Shown one piece after another: positions 1-13,109 of a DNA stretch of 64,000 nucleotides (positions are counted from its first letter, which is position 1; each line of letters starts with the position of its first letter). The notes beneath the pieces are model-generated. The model was not told the origin of the DNA. It saw nothing but the letters and a program-made list of their open reading frames with translations, and made no database searches. Origin of the DNA: Lama guanicoe (lineage: Eukaryota); assembly GCA_013239625.1 (NCBI GenBank), contig MU053487.1, positions 1,073,058-1,137,057 of the forward strand, read 5' to 3'. Made by a program: the position numbers and the translations under genes.

Positions 1-192
1 GGAAGGTTCCCTTTTCTCCACACCCTCTCCAGCATTTATCATTTGTGGACTTTTTGATGATGGCCATTCTGACCAGTGTGAGGTGATACCTCACTATAGT
101 TTTGACTTGCATTTCTCTGATAATTAGCGATATTGAACATCTTTTCATGTGCCTATTTGCCATCTGTATGTCTTTGGAGAAATATCTGCTTA
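1..192 (-). mobile_element. LINE-1 fragment, ORF2 C-terminal cysteine-rich region; 5'-truncated and continuing off the left edge
   Basis: Minus strand translates without stops to [59 protein letters not shown], typical L1 ORF2p C-terminus including CWxxCGE. Confidence 0.95.
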
Positions 193-749
193 TGTCGTGA
201 TTTTCTAAATTCCTTTTACCAGCTGCTGCTGCCAAAGGGTACTCCCATTGCCTTCCAGAGTTTTCTTCTCTCATTTAGAAGGTGGTCACTGCTGAGAACT
301 ATCACATCTGAGCCTCCTGGAAACTTTCTGTGTCTTCCTTCTCCCCAAATGCTGATGCTTTGTACAGCCTCAATTCAGTTCACAGCAGTTCTCAGACAGG
401 GTTTGGTCCTCTCTTTCAGGAGATGAATATTACTGAGTGATGTATGGAACCTCCCATGACTAGGGCCTGGCTGGCCTTCCTTTTGTTCCTTTCCACACTT
501 AATCTAACTTAATGGCCTCTTGTACTGGTTCTCTTGCATTCAAGAGCTTTTGAAGTGCCTGACACATAACTTGGGGTTTGCAGAATTTCTCTATTAACCT
601 CTCCATCAATTCAGTTTGGAGAAAAACTAAGAAATTGAGAATTAAGCTGCCATCATACTAAATTTTAAAATACCTATTCTCCAAATAGCACCTTGAACTT
701 TCATTACAGTCAATCCATTGCTAAATATTAAAGCTGTTTTATGAAAGTT

Positions 750-1170
750 TATAATACTTAAGGGAAACATTAGTGCTCTCAGAGACAAACCTTGAGATCC
801 AGACGGCTTAACACAGTAGAAATTTACTTCTTGTTCATGTAAAGTTTGTTGCCATGGGGGAGAGCCAGGGCAGGAGGCTTAGAATCACAGTCATTCAGGG
901 GTCTGAACTGAGAGAGAGCCTTTGCCATATTTAACACCTGGATTCCAAGATCACCCCAGGCCTTCATGTCCAGTTGGCAGGTAGAGTACGGAGAACGGCT
1001 GGAGGTTCTTGTAGGTGATTTTCATGGGCTAGGTCTGAAAGTGCATATCTGACTTTTACTCATTCCCAGTGGCTGCTTTAAGGCATACAGCCACATCTAA
1101 CTGAAAATGAGATTGAGAAATGGAATCCTGTTTTATGTCCAGGAAGAAAAGGAAATAAATTGAATGAAAG
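750..1170 (-). mobile_element. Old MaLR solo LTR (MLT1J/K/L-like)
   Basis: ggcttaacacagtagaaatttacttcttgttcatg ... ccacatctaactg ... ccaggaagaaaaggaaa resemble the antisense old MLT1 consensus. Confidence 0.7.
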
Positions 1171-1199
1171 CTAACATAACCTGGCATAAATTATCCATC

Positions 1200-1325
1200 T
1201 CTTCTGCCAGTTTACTAGCTCTGTCAGGGCAGGGCAGGGCTTTTACTCACGTTCATCCCCCACTTAGCCTAGCCTCAAACCTGGGAAATAACTACAGGCT
1301 CAATGAATGTTTTTTGAAATTTAAT
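1200..1325 (+). mobile_element. L2 3' end remnant
   Basis: cctagcctcaaacctggg...ggctcaatgaatgtttttgaa resembles the L2 3' terminus. Confidence 0.55.
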
Positions 1326-1697
1326 AGAATTGAACTTTTATTCTGCTACTTCATTTGAATTATTTAAATGTTCTCTAATTTTGGTCATGGACAATACCTT
1401 AAAATTTACCGGGGACTTGCGATGAAAAGGGTTAAAACAACTCCGAGAAGAGATGACATGTTGACAAAGTGAACTGGATATGGAACAAATCCTTCCTTAA
1501 TCTCTATAAACTGTTTCAAAATCCTGCCTCATTTTAACTTGTCATGTAGAAGGACATACATGTTGAGCTAGGTTAGATCAGATTGTTGTCTGTCATCTGA
1601 CATGATTCTGGGCAGCATGACAGAGAGTAAATCCAAGGTGACACTAGTATTGCAACTAGATTTATGCTTGAAAGGACTTTAGACAGATAAAGCAGCC

Positions 1698-1732
1698 TGT
1701 GTGTGTGTATGTGTGTGTGTGTGTGTGTGTGT
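1698..1732. repeat. (TG)n microsatellite, one interruption
   Basis: Directly visible. Confidence 0.98.
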
Positions 1733-1929
1733 ATTAAAGAAACTGCCTATTAATATCTCTGATCATTACTTTTTTGTTGTGGTGGTGGTAGTATCCTCTA
1801 AAATGGTGTGGCATGCCACACAATGTGTCATTATTTTTAATGATATGCATAATCTCACCATTTAAAATAGGCCCAGCTTTGGGCAACTTCAGTGTGATGA
1901 TCTCTTCCTGGGATATAAATTACCAGGTG

Positions 1930-2075
1930 ACAGAGAATTCTTGAATTTTGAAGGAGCCAAGAAGTCATCTAGTTGAACTTCCTTAATTAAGAAATCAGGA
2001 AACAACTTAATGTATTTAAAAACTTGTAAAAGAGTGTGTCGGACAATGGGGCCTAGAACCAAGTTCTCTTCTTAC
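1930..2075 (-). mobile_element. Degenerate MIR-family SINE
   Basis: gtcatctagttgaac ... ggcctagaaccaagttctc resemble antisense MIR/MIR3. Confidence 0.45.
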
Positions 2076-3439
2076 AAGATGGGATATTTCTGTGTGTCTC
2101 ACTGGTATGTGAAGGACCACCATGCTGCTGATGGGAGAGCCTTCCAAGGCCTTCACCCACATGACTGTCTTGGTCGCCTGTCCCTGGTTACTCTTGAGCA
2201 TGAGAGTCCCTGGGATCCAATCAGGAGAGGCTGGTCAAAAGGCAGTGGTATCAATGAATCCAGCTCTGATGGCATTTCTCCCCAAATCACTTTCCCCTCA
2301 AAACCTGGTTTTCTGATTCAGTCAAAGTCAAAACATGATAAACAAGAGAAAATATATCTTTCCAGCCCTGATGGAGTCCATTAGCTACGTTTCTGGAGGT
2401 TGGTGTTTTTTTCTTGTTGTTTGTTTTTTTATGAAGCTATCAGCATGTTCTGCCCAAAAACTAAAATGTGCATTATTGCTTTGCTGGATCTCAAGTCAGT
2501 CCTCGTCAGTTGTATTGATATTGATTAAAAGTTGTTCACTAAATATCAGGTCCTGTTGCCGTGGAGTAATTTTTGGCTCCCCCGATGGTAACCAGAGACT
2601 CCAAGATGATCATTCGTGTTAATTAGAATAATTTGGAATGGAAAAGTTGATGTACAAGCCAGATTGCTTGAGGTGTCAAAGTAGGCTATTACTGCCATCC
2701 TCTTTCTTCTCACTCCTTCCCTCGAAAAGGCAGTGACTACAAACAGAGATGACAAACCCTCTCTTGGGTTGGCTGGTGCAGGGCTTATTTCCATGGAGTC
2801 AGGACCTGTGTTCTCCCCTTCTGTGAGCAGTCCCAGCAGAAGAGGAGACCAGAGAAACTCAGGGTGGTGCTACAGACGATTCTTCAGTCTGCTGGCTGGG
2901 CTCCAGCCTGGACGTTTGGCAGGATTTCTGCTGCCGTGAAGTTGGGCTAGACTCGAGATACACTCTCCCTAATAGAGTTTTAGACAGTTGTCCTTCTCTT
3001 TCAATGGCTTCTAGCTATCATCTGTCTTGTGATGGGGGTTCTGCCCCCACCACATACCATTCTGTCTCCTTTTACTGCCTAGATATCACCAATCTTAGGC
3101 AATCTGATCTCAGTATTATTGTATGCTTTTATCTGGCAAGACTTTTCCTACCTGGTCTCACATACTGTTTGAATTCTTTAGGAATAATGCTTTATCTGGG
3201 CTCCGGTACGAGGGAACTGAGTAGGGGGTTCTGCTGTAGAGAGCGCACTGTTAGGGGCAACTTAAAGATTTCCTGAAAAATCCTTCTGAGGGTGGGTAGA
3301 GGGATGGGGGAAGAACTCTGGGTCCAAGTACTGAGAACACAGTTTCATACGTCATTTCAGTTACCTTAGGGTTGTAATGAAGAAGGCACAGTCAGGGACT
3401 TTCAAGGCCCTCAGTGGAGGTTAATTTCAAGTTCTGATG

Positions 3440-3890
3440 TGGACTGCATCGGGAAAGCACCAGATCCCTGAAGGGGGCTGTTGCTCCCATCCTCCAGCCC
3501 TGTGAATGTCAGCCACTAATGAGTCACAGCTACCTCGCTTCTGTGGTGACTTGACCTTGACTGATGGAAAGCTGGCTTATTGCCAGAGGGAGTATGTTTC
3601 CCCCCAAACATAGGGGCAGCCAGTGGGCATGTCTTGGTAATATGGACGAATGCAATCCAGGCCCACTTGCCTCAAGTGGAGATGATTCTGTCTTGTGATT
3701 TACACTCCCGAGTCCCTTATGACTTTATCTGAGATGATAAGCTTATTTGGCTCTTTTTGCATGCAATTCTTTTTGCCCTAACTCTCCCCTAATAACCCTT
3801 TAGGGTTGTCCTGAAGGACAGTCCCTCAGTAAACCCTGTGAACTCAAATTCTTAATCAGGCTGTTTTCTAAGGAGCCCTCCTGAACACCA
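3440..3890 (+). mobile_element. ERVL solo LTR (LTR16-like)
   Basis: gtcagccactaatgagtcacagct, cccacttgcctcaagtgg, gatttacactcc, and 3' end aggctgttttctaaggagccctcctgaaca. Confidence 0.7.
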
Positions 3891-5345
3891 ACTCCTTGGA
3901 GCTATTGACAGCATCTACCATCTCCAGCCTTTACATTCATGTCTTTTCTTCTGCCATAGTATTGAACCCCCATTACTCCTGGAGGTGGTCTGGTCATTGT
4001 GGTCTGTTTGACTGGATCAGATCTAGTCCCCTCAGGAGGCAGCTGACTCAGACCAACCCAAATTCATGTACAAGGTAATCTTCAGAGACCACATGGAAAA
4101 GTCTGGGGAAGAGGTAAAAAAAGACATTTTTTATTATCAAGAGCAAGAAAAAGATAAGAAATGAGATGTCTGTGTTGATAAACCCAGAGTATGGTCAGCA
4201 TGACTAGGAGCCATTCTGGAAGGTGTCAGTTCTGAGAATAAAAGCCCAAAGTGACATTCTGTATGGCTCCTTACAGGCAGGGAAGATGCACAGCCCCTTA
4301 CAGATAAAAATAAATCAGAATCCCTTTTATATAAGGCATGACATGGTGATACTGTCTTAGGTTATTATTTATTGCAGATCTTTTCAAATCTCCACAAATC
4401 ACTACTGATCCTTTAAGCTAAGCAGTCCTTCCTATTAGATTTTTATTGGTCTCTTTCCTTCCTCTTTCTCTGCTTCCAAGCAGAATGCTCTTTCTCATCC
4501 TTTGCATCTTGGTCATTGCATTTTAAGCCCTTCCTAAAATATTGTTTGAATTTTATAGTCATTACCCTTGCACTCATCTGGACTTACGTAAATATGTTAT
4601 ACTAACAAGCATTCAAAAGCCTTTGTGCTAACTATAACTTGATAGGTCATCAGGGAACCTAATTAATGAATTGTACTTATGTTTAAGAGACACCAGTTAA
4701 ATCAGAATTCACATACCAGTTTTCATACTACCCATCCCCAGCAGAAAACAGAGGATGGAGAGAAAACTCAGAGTAAAAAAATATAAGGAAAAGATGCCAA
4801 AAGGCCTTCTGTAGCAGGAAGCAAGACCACTCTGTAGGAAAGAAGTTATATGAGGATTGGAAAAGGATGCAGAGGTTCACAGCGTGACAGATTAGCAAGC
4901 AAGAAGCAGGGAACCTCAGCCTGTCATTACCCTAGTGACCAGTACTCAAGAATTAAAACAAATACAATGTTTCAGATTCCATTTTTCTAACTGCTAACAT
5001 GCTGTCTAGACCACTTTAGCATCCATCCTTCAAAGGTAAGAAGATTATGGGCTTACAGGTATGTTTCTATGGTTGTCAACTCTTCATCATAGTTGTGATA
5101 GAAATATTTTCTTTTCCACTTATAAGGGGAATTAGTCCAATCCCCTAAATTTGCAGAAGATCAACAGAATTTGGAAAGATATTCCAGCAAAACAGTTACA
5201 TTATAGTATTATTAATATATGTCCTTATTATAGATGCATAAAGTTGCTTAGTGAAAGAATTACTCTGAGGTGGAGGTGGGTCAGGACCATGGATACAATC
5301 CTTAGCACAACTTGTTGTGACTGATGAATGCAGGAGAAAAGAAAG

Positions 5346-5371
5346 AAAAAAAAAAAATATATATATATATA
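5346..5371. repeat. A-tract followed by (TA)n
   Basis: Directly visible. Confidence 0.9.
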
Positions 5372-5489
5372 TTCCTTAGCCAGTTCTGGAGAGAATCTAG
5401 TCCCAGTTACTGTCAGTGGTGATATCAGTAGAGTATCTTTATATGGAAGTTTTCTCTTTCCCTCTGTCTCTTAGGTGTTTCAATCCTGT

Positions 5490-5772
5490 ATATTGGAATA
5501 ACTCCAAAATAAAATATCTGCCCGCAAATCTTTGTCTCTGACCATGTTTTTGGGAAAAACCCCTTAAGATAGTATTAGGTATGGACCTAGAAATGAAATT
5601 GACCCCAGCAACCCATAACAGTAAACTAAATAACACACCTTTCTATTGTCTTTTCCCCCTTCCTTCCCCCTTCCCTGTCCACACTCCTCTTCCCTGGGTC
5701 ACCTCCTGAGTAAACTCTGGACACAAGTTCTTGGTCAGGCTCTGCCATTGAAGGGAACCTAAACTTGAACAG
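5490..5772 (+). mobile_element. Two adjacent ERVL-type LTR 3' end remnants (LTR16/LTR33-like)
   Basis: aataaaatatctgcccgcaaatctttgtctc...cttaagata and caagttcttggtcaggctctgcc...gggaacctaaacttgaaca. Confidence 0.5.
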
Positions 5773-5774
5773 GA

Positions 5775-5985
5775 ATTGAACAGAAATTATAAGAAAAGTG
5801 AAAAAAGAAACAGGAGGTGGTTTCACAGAAGACAAAGAATGGACAAATTTTAAGAGACATTGATTAATAGCATCAAAAACTGTAGGGAGGTCAAGTAAGA
5901 TGGAAATTGAAAAGAATCAAATTTAGCAATTGGAAGGTTACAGGCAACCTTGGAATAGAACTGTCAATGCAATAAAGAAGGTAGA
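5775..5985 (-). mobile_element. L2 fragment
   Basis: gaggtcaagtaagatggaaattgaaaag...tttagcaattggaaggtta is typical antisense L2. Confidence 0.6.
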
Positions 5986-6799
5986 TTTTTCTTTTATTGT
6001 TGAAATTTGTTCAAAGCCTCTGCTTTTCTGATTTTGAGCTGCAAACTTCCCTATTTTCCTGAATCTACAGGCTATAAACTTTAACATTTCTGATCTGTTC
6101 AGAGAAATAATCTGTTAAATATTTCAGTAATTGTGAAGCACAACTTAATCCTATCCCTTTTGTCTCCCACATTTTATTTTGCATTTTTTTATGACAAAAG
6201 GTAAACCACTTCCTCAGGATTGCCTCACCTTGCTTGTCTGACCTTACCCTATACTCCTTCCTGTTCTTTTCATTTACCTGTGATCCCCTAATTGTTTGAT
6301 TCCTCTCACTTTACACAACAAACAATGACTTCCTTCCTTCCTCATTGGTTTTCTTGCCTTCTTTGAGCATGTAAATAAATGCTTCTCTTAAAGGCATTAT
6401 CAGTAAGCCTCTCTAAATTCTGGAATTTTCTGTGCATGTTAGGACATTAAATGAAAAAAAAAACATTGTGACTGGTTTTGGTTCATTTTTAGCATCAGTG
6501 AAGATAGTGAAAAATCTTGCCCTTCGTGAAGGGAAGGGGTCCAGAATGACACACTCAATGACAATAGAAGTTATTTTGTAGGGGTGGAAATGGCAGTCTC
6601 TTCAGGATTTTATTTTAATTTTTAATTTTATATAGTTTCTATCATCACAGTGTCCCAGGCATTTTATATCCATGTCTGATTCATCTGTAAATGCCTGCAA
6701 TACCCTCTCCTTTGTGTGTACAAAGTCAATCTTATTGGCAATATGAGTAATTAATCTGAGTATTGTAAGTGGCTCTCCTCAGTAATCAATTCTTCAGGA

Positions 6800-7075
6800 T
6801 TGAATGATATTCTAGACACTCTGAGTGTTAGGAACTAGGAACTCATGAGTGTTAACTTGTCTTCAAAGTCAAAATCAAGATGGTGTTCAACCTTAGGGAG
6901 TGGGTGCTTGTGTCTGAAAGAAGTCTCAGGTGCTTTCGGTGTCCTTTAATGTTCTGATTCTTGATCTGGGTGCTGATCACAAAGGTGTATTCCACTTGTA
7001 AATTCCGGCCAGTTTTATACTTACAGTTTATATACATTGATGTATATTTTATTCTTCAATAAAAAGTTCAACAAT
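6800..7075 (+). mobile_element. Old L1 (L1ME-like) 3' terminus
   Basis: aatgttctgattcttgatctgggtgctgatcacaaaggtgtatt ... ttcaataaaaag poly(A) signal. Confidence 0.75.
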
Positions 7076-7084
7076 TTAAACACA

Positions 7085-8520
7085 AAAATGAAAACATAAA
7101 GTTACTGTATATGAACATAGATAAATTCTTTTCAGGATGAAGGAATCTTTTTAAACGATGACTCATAAATCCAAAGTCAATACAGAAATGACTGATTACA
7201 CTGACTGCAGAAAGAAAATGTATTAAACAATGTCAAAAGATAAATGTTAAATTAGAAAATACATTTGCAACTCATGTCACAACAAAGGGCCAGTCTCCTA
7301 GTATGAAAGAGCTTCTAGAAGTCAGCCAGTAAAAGAACTATCCAGCTGAAAACGAGAATAGCATTGGAGCAAATATGCCATGTTACAAAAATGAGGCAGA
7401 AATGGCTTTTAAATATATGGAAAGATACTCGGTTTCTGTCATAATATGAGAAATGCAAATAAAACTATAAGAAGATATGACTTTTTACCCATTAGATTGG
7501 AAAATACTGTTTTAAGTTCAATAATACATTGTGTAAGTAAGGATTTAAGGAGAGGGGCATTCCCATATATTGTTTGTGGAATATAAAGTAGTGTAATTTC
7601 TACAGAAATGTTATGGGTGTTAACCTACTGAAATGAAAAATGAACATACCATATAACCCAGCAATTCCATTCTAAGAAATTAGCTTACTTGTACATGCGT
7701 CAAATGACTTAGGTATAAGGATATTAAGTGAAACAATAATTATAATAACAAAATACTGTAAATAGAGATGAACTTATTTGTGTTAAAATGTGTATTAAAA
7801 TCTCTGAAGTATACACACAAGCTCGGGGTAGTTAAGGTGAAAAGTATATGATTAAGCAGTGGGGTGAAAGAGCTTTCATTGTCTACTTTAAAATTTTGTT
7901 GAAAACTACCCATTGGGAAAATCAATTAAAAACTAAAACTAAAACAAACAAAAAAGAAAACAAAACAGAAGTTTCAACATAAATTATATTAAATGGCAGA
8001 AAATAATATGGTAAATATATTCACAGTATGTGATAAATCTTACTAATTCTAAGAAAAAATGATATTTGATATACTATTAGGGGAAAAATAGCATATCACT
8101 GTGCAATATCTATCCTTGGCACAAGGTTAGAAGCATGTTTACTCTCATACACCATACTTGTTGGTCTGTGAACTGACAAAAAGATGCTGACAGACAGTTT
8201 GGCTATAATATCAACATATGAGTAATCCCACTTGTAGCAATTTGTCACTAGAATGTGATGGAAGATCCACACCATATTATGAACAACACCATTATCCATA
8301 CTGTTATTTTTATTAATAGAACAATGAGTAACCAACAAAAACAGAAAATAAATTACCATGTATTCATAGGGTGAAATACTGCAAAGGCATTGATGAAAAT
8401 TCTACTCTTTGAGATTATTTAAAGTTATGAGAATATGCTGCAATATATATTATGTCATTAAGCAAGACAAGAAATTTTATTTTGCATAATTACAATTTGG
8501 TGAAATTTTGTAGGAAATTT
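7085..8520 (+). mobile_element. Degenerate L1ME-like ORF2 end and 3'UTR fragments
   Basis: gagaaatgcaaataaaactataagaag, cccattagattggaaaat, acccagcaattccattctaag. Confidence 0.7.
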
Positions 8521-10514
8521 CTGAAAGAAAATAGCTCTAATTGGTTACAGAATAATCAGCTTTCTTTTTCTTACTTTCAGTATTTTCAAGTGTTGTATAT
8601 TGAACATATATTACTTTATAATCAAGAAAATGAACAAACAATAAACAGCATGCAGTAAGCCAGTGTCTGATACGATTAGAGTCTTCTGATGTTCTGTGGT
8701 GCTGGTTTCCTGCAGGTAATACATGGACCATTTTAGATGGACAGCTTTGTTCAGCTCTGAAGGGTCCCTGGTGGTGGCGATTCTCACAGAAAGAAAAGTT
8801 TAAAGATTTATTTCAGAAAAGCCTTTCTGTCATCTGTCCAGTGGGGCACTTAGATTGATTCTTGGCTCAGTGTCCAGGAGGGAACAAGCAGTCCGCCTCC
8901 TCTGAGATTTCCCAAGTTTATACTCCAAAGCAGTTGGCAAAACAGCTGGTCCTAGGTCTGGAAACAAGTAATTTGCTGCTGTAGGATATGATTGACTGTG
9001 CAGACCCCACCCCTGCACTCAATGTCCCTCCTCTAAGCTGAGCTTGAGAGGGGCAGCTAATGATTCCTCCCGTGGGTCCAAACAGCCATCATCTGAATAT
9101 TTATCATCATCTGCCAGAAAATGCCCTCATCTGAACCTGCAGAAAGTTGCAGAGAATTCAGACAAGGTGCATATCACACTGTTGTATGAAAACAGGAATA
9201 GAAGTTCTACCCTTCAATAAAAAGAGCAAAGATAATGGAGTTAGAAAGGTATGTTTTCTGGTTCTCTGGGGGCTCTCTTCTTCAGTCCTCTGTCCAGAAA
9301 TCTGGGGCTAGTTAGCCTGCTGTGTTGTGAATTTCTCAGGACTGCAGCTGCTTCCACCAGCAGGTGGTGAGAGGCCAGAAAGAGAACAAGAACAACAGTG
9401 GTTTACCTCGTTCTCTTGGAACGACAGACCCCCATACTGCTGAGGTGGTTTCCCTGCCACGGAACTTTAGGTGTCTGCGGTCAGCACTCCCACCACTGCT
9501 GCCCTAGCCCAGTTATCTGGACTCTGGGGCATGAGAGGATGGGGAAAATACATATTTTTTTAAGAAAGAATAGTGGGTATTTCCTCCACTTAGAGCGTTA
9601 GAATTCCCCTTCCTGCTCCTTTAGCAAAAACTGGAAGGCTTCTCATGGCACTTTGTTCATGTTGATGACCATTCCTGTGTTTGGAGCGGCTTTGAATCTA
9701 GGCAAAGGAAGACCAGAGTCGGGGGAGGGATAGTAAATTCATTCCAGGTTTGGTGGTGCTTTGAAACATGGCCTTCTTCACTTTGGCTCCTATTATTTGC
9801 TTTTTGGAATCCCATGCCTTCATTTCCAGGTATAGTGTGATTGCTCCATCTTCCCTGGAATTAAAACTGACCAAACTCACCTGATGTCAAACTCTAAACT
9901 GGTGTCCTGTCTCTTTCGCACTGTACCATGTTGCTTTTTTTAAAGCTTACCATGAACGAAGATCTCCTTCCTTCTTTGTTAATTGAAATCCACCCATAAT
10001 CCTTTGTGTATTCTTGATATTGAATGCTGAATTTCCTAGAATTTTGTCAAAGGTATTCAGTAACACCAGCTCTTAGCTGTTCTTATACATTCTTTTGGAA
10101 TCCCTGGAACCAAAACTCTAGGGACACCACCACTTCTTTATCTAATACAGTGAGGTAGATAGAGGCAGAGAATCAATTCTCCATGCCTTGTCTTACATAA
10201 CTGTCCTAACCTGCTTCCTTCAGCTGTTTTACGTCTGATGGAATACAAAACAATTAAGTGCTGCAAGATAGAGAGGCCCTTTATTCACACTTAATAAAGT
10301 TACCTATCATGATTTGGCACACTAAAAATCTTATCTTATCAAAGAGCTTCCCAAACCAGTGAACAAGAATAATTTGGAGAAGTGGATGGAAAATCAGCCT
10401 ACCCTGCTTCACACTCCAACATGACCCTGACCCACCCTCTTACAGTAGCAGCTGAGGAACACACAATTTGGTTTATCTTGAGATTTTGGTCATAAAGCTA
10501 TTAATCACTTATGA

Positions 10515-11012
10515 CTTGGGTAGACTGCAAAAAAATGGTGCAAATTCCCCATCTTTCTTTAGCTATGCCCTTTTTCAGTGACACTGTAACTCTTCAAGAG
10601 ATGAAGTCTGTTTTCCCATTGTTTAAGTCTGGCTTAGCTCTGGGACTTGCATTGGCCCATAGAATGTGGTGGATGGGATGTTTTGCCAGTTCCAAGTAGA
10701 GGCCAAGAAGCCTTGCAGGCTTCTGTTCACTCTCAGGGCGCCCTGCTGAGCCACCATGCTTATAAGCTCATGCGAACCTGTAGGAGGATGAAATACCATA
10801 TGGACGAGAGATGAGCCATCCAAGCTGAGCCTGGTCTCCACTTGACCCAGTAGCTGACGGCAAACTCATGAGTGGGCCTGGCTTTGATTAGCTGAGCCAT
10901 GCTCAGATCAGCCAAATTACCCAGTCACCTCATAGACATCAGAGCATTAGTCAAGTGTTGTGCAGAGCCAGTATGTTTGGGGTGACCTGTTATGCTGCAA
11001 AATCTAACTGAC
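10515..11012 (+). mobile_element. MaLR solo LTR (MLT1G/H-like)
   Basis: gtagactgcaaaaaaatgg start, aagagatgaagtctgttttccc, end gtttggggtgacctgttatgctgcaaaatctaactgaca. Confidence 0.85.
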
Positions 11013-11060
11013 ATGTGAGATAAGAATCACTTTTATCTGTTGTCAGGCCCTCCCTTCCTT

Positions 11061-11114
11061 CACACACAAACGCACACACACACCCCCACAAAATGAGAGA
11101 GAGAGAGAGAGAGA
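11061..11114. repeat. Compound (CA)n...(GA)n microsatellite
   Basis: Directly visible. Confidence 0.85.
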
Positions 11115-12029
11115 AAGCAGGATGTTTCCACCTGAGCTGCACTCAGAAATGCCACTCTGCGGTTTCTAATCAAATGAATGGCAGTTCCAGCACGTTTAGG
11201 AGCCTGCCAGAAACCATTAGCATGGCTCTAAGAAACTGACAACCTTTTTCATGCAATTTACATCCCACATTCTGCCACTGCAGCCATCACTGCCACCAGA
11301 ATACCCAGTCTTCATCCTCAGCACCCATTTTCCTTTCGAGAAAAAAAGGAGATTGACTTGAACAGAATGACTCTGTTGATGCAAAGGAGAAAAAGAAGCC
11401 TGCAATTGAGATGATGCAGACAGTGCCATTCAGACACACATTTTGTATTCTCCACCCTAATTTGCTCTTTTGGAGCAGATTGTTTGCAATGAGCTCCAGA
11501 AAATTGAGTCTGATTTACTTGAAGCAAACAGGGTGCAGTTGTTAACCTTTCCATCTTTAACGAGGCAACTCATCTTAAGGATGAGCAACAGTAAACAAAG
11601 AAGCTTGTCAATAACAATCAGGACTGTGCCAGGATCCAGTTTTACACCAAAAACAAATCTCTGGAGAAAAATAACTTTTCTGGCATGAAGTGACAGTGTG
11701 GGAAGGGCTATCAAAGAGTATCATCCCAGCTCAAAGCTGATAGTTCACTTTTGGGGTGTCTAATATGGAGAGACAAATGTCAACCCAACAATATTCCTGT
11801 TGTGCAGTAGAAGGGAATGGATAAATGGTAAATAGAACAATGAGACAACAGGGTTTCTGACTTCATAGAAACATGAAGGTGTTCTGCTAGGATTGTGAGT
11901 TTTAAATACAGTCTCAGACATGAACTGTTAATAAAACAGGTGATCAGAATGAGGTGTGGGAGCCTACACAGGCACTTTTGCATTCAGTGGGAGGATCCCT
12001 GTGCTCAGCCCTTGATGAAAATCTATAGA

Positions 12030-12365
12030 AATCCTCACTGTTCCTGGTACTCTTCCAGCTGAGCCATCCACACTGAATCACTGACACTTTGCTGAGTACA
12101 CTGAACTTCTTTATCTTTTACCATGTTGTCCTCTATTTGGACTACCTTTCCTGACTTTCATAACCTGGCAAATTCCTGCTAATCTTTAAAGTCCTACTCA
12201 AATCATCTCCTTACTGAAGGAGAGTGAACCCCTGCTTCATTTCTGTTTCCCATGCACCTTTTACATCTAAGTTTCCCAATAGATTCGGAACCACTAAAAG
12301 GCAAGAACTGGGCCATTCATTCTGTAACTTGAGTTCCAAAATCATAGCTGTTTGGAATAAATTAA
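12030..12365 (+). mobile_element. L2 fragment
   Basis: cctggcaaattcctgctaatctttaaagtcctactcaaatcatctcc resembles the L2 3' region. Confidence 0.55.
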
Positions 12366-12564
12366 AAGGAACATATGCACCTTCTGTAAATCTCAGGACA
12401 TCATTTTTTTTTCTCCATCAGTACATAGAGAAAAATTTGCACAGGGAACACGTACTCACCAAAGAGGAACAAAAAATCATTTTTTAAAAGTCATAATTCC
12501 TGGGACAGTCTTATATATAGGCTATAAATTCAGATTCTGCTTCTTCACTGACTGATGGAAGGAA

Positions 12565-13109
12565 GTGGTATAGTGATGACAAAGCTGACTACAGTTATTC
12601 CCATCCTGTATAAGCATCCTTTTGCAATGTGATTTTGCAGTTCTCTCAATAAGAGATGAAGTCTGTTTCCCCACTCTTTGAATCTGGGCTAAACTTGGAA
12701 CCTGCTGCATCTATAGCAATGACAGTGGAAGTCATGCAGGGCCTATCTTAAAAAGGATCAAGGTCTCAGAGGATTTGAATTCTTGTGCTGGCTGTCTTGG
12801 GAAGTTGCCCTACTGTTCTGTGAGCTATCTTGAGCTAGCCTACTGGAAGATGAGAGACCACGTAGACCAGAAACAAGCCATCTCATCTGGAGCCATCTGA
12901 GTCCAGTCAGCTGGTCAGCCAGTCAGCCCTGGAGATGCCCTAGTAGCTGAACACAGATGCAGTTAATGCAGATGAGCCCAGAGAAACCATCCAGCTGAGC
13001 CCAATCCTAAATTGCTAATCCACTGAGGTATAAACTGAAAAAGTGATGGTTGTTTTAAGTTACTGTGTTTTGAGGTGGTTTGTACTCAGGAAAAAAATTA
13101 ACTGATGTA
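12565..13109 (+). mobile_element. MaLR solo LTR (MLT1G/H-like)
   Basis: tttgcaatgtgattttgcag, aagagatgaagtctgtttccccactctttgaatctgggct, end tttgaggtggtttgt...taactgatgta. Confidence 0.85.

Noticed and set aside
2010..2939. Cluster of overlapping ORFs with scattered CpGs
   Set aside because: No recognisable protein and no coherent splice structure; CpG enrichment is modest.
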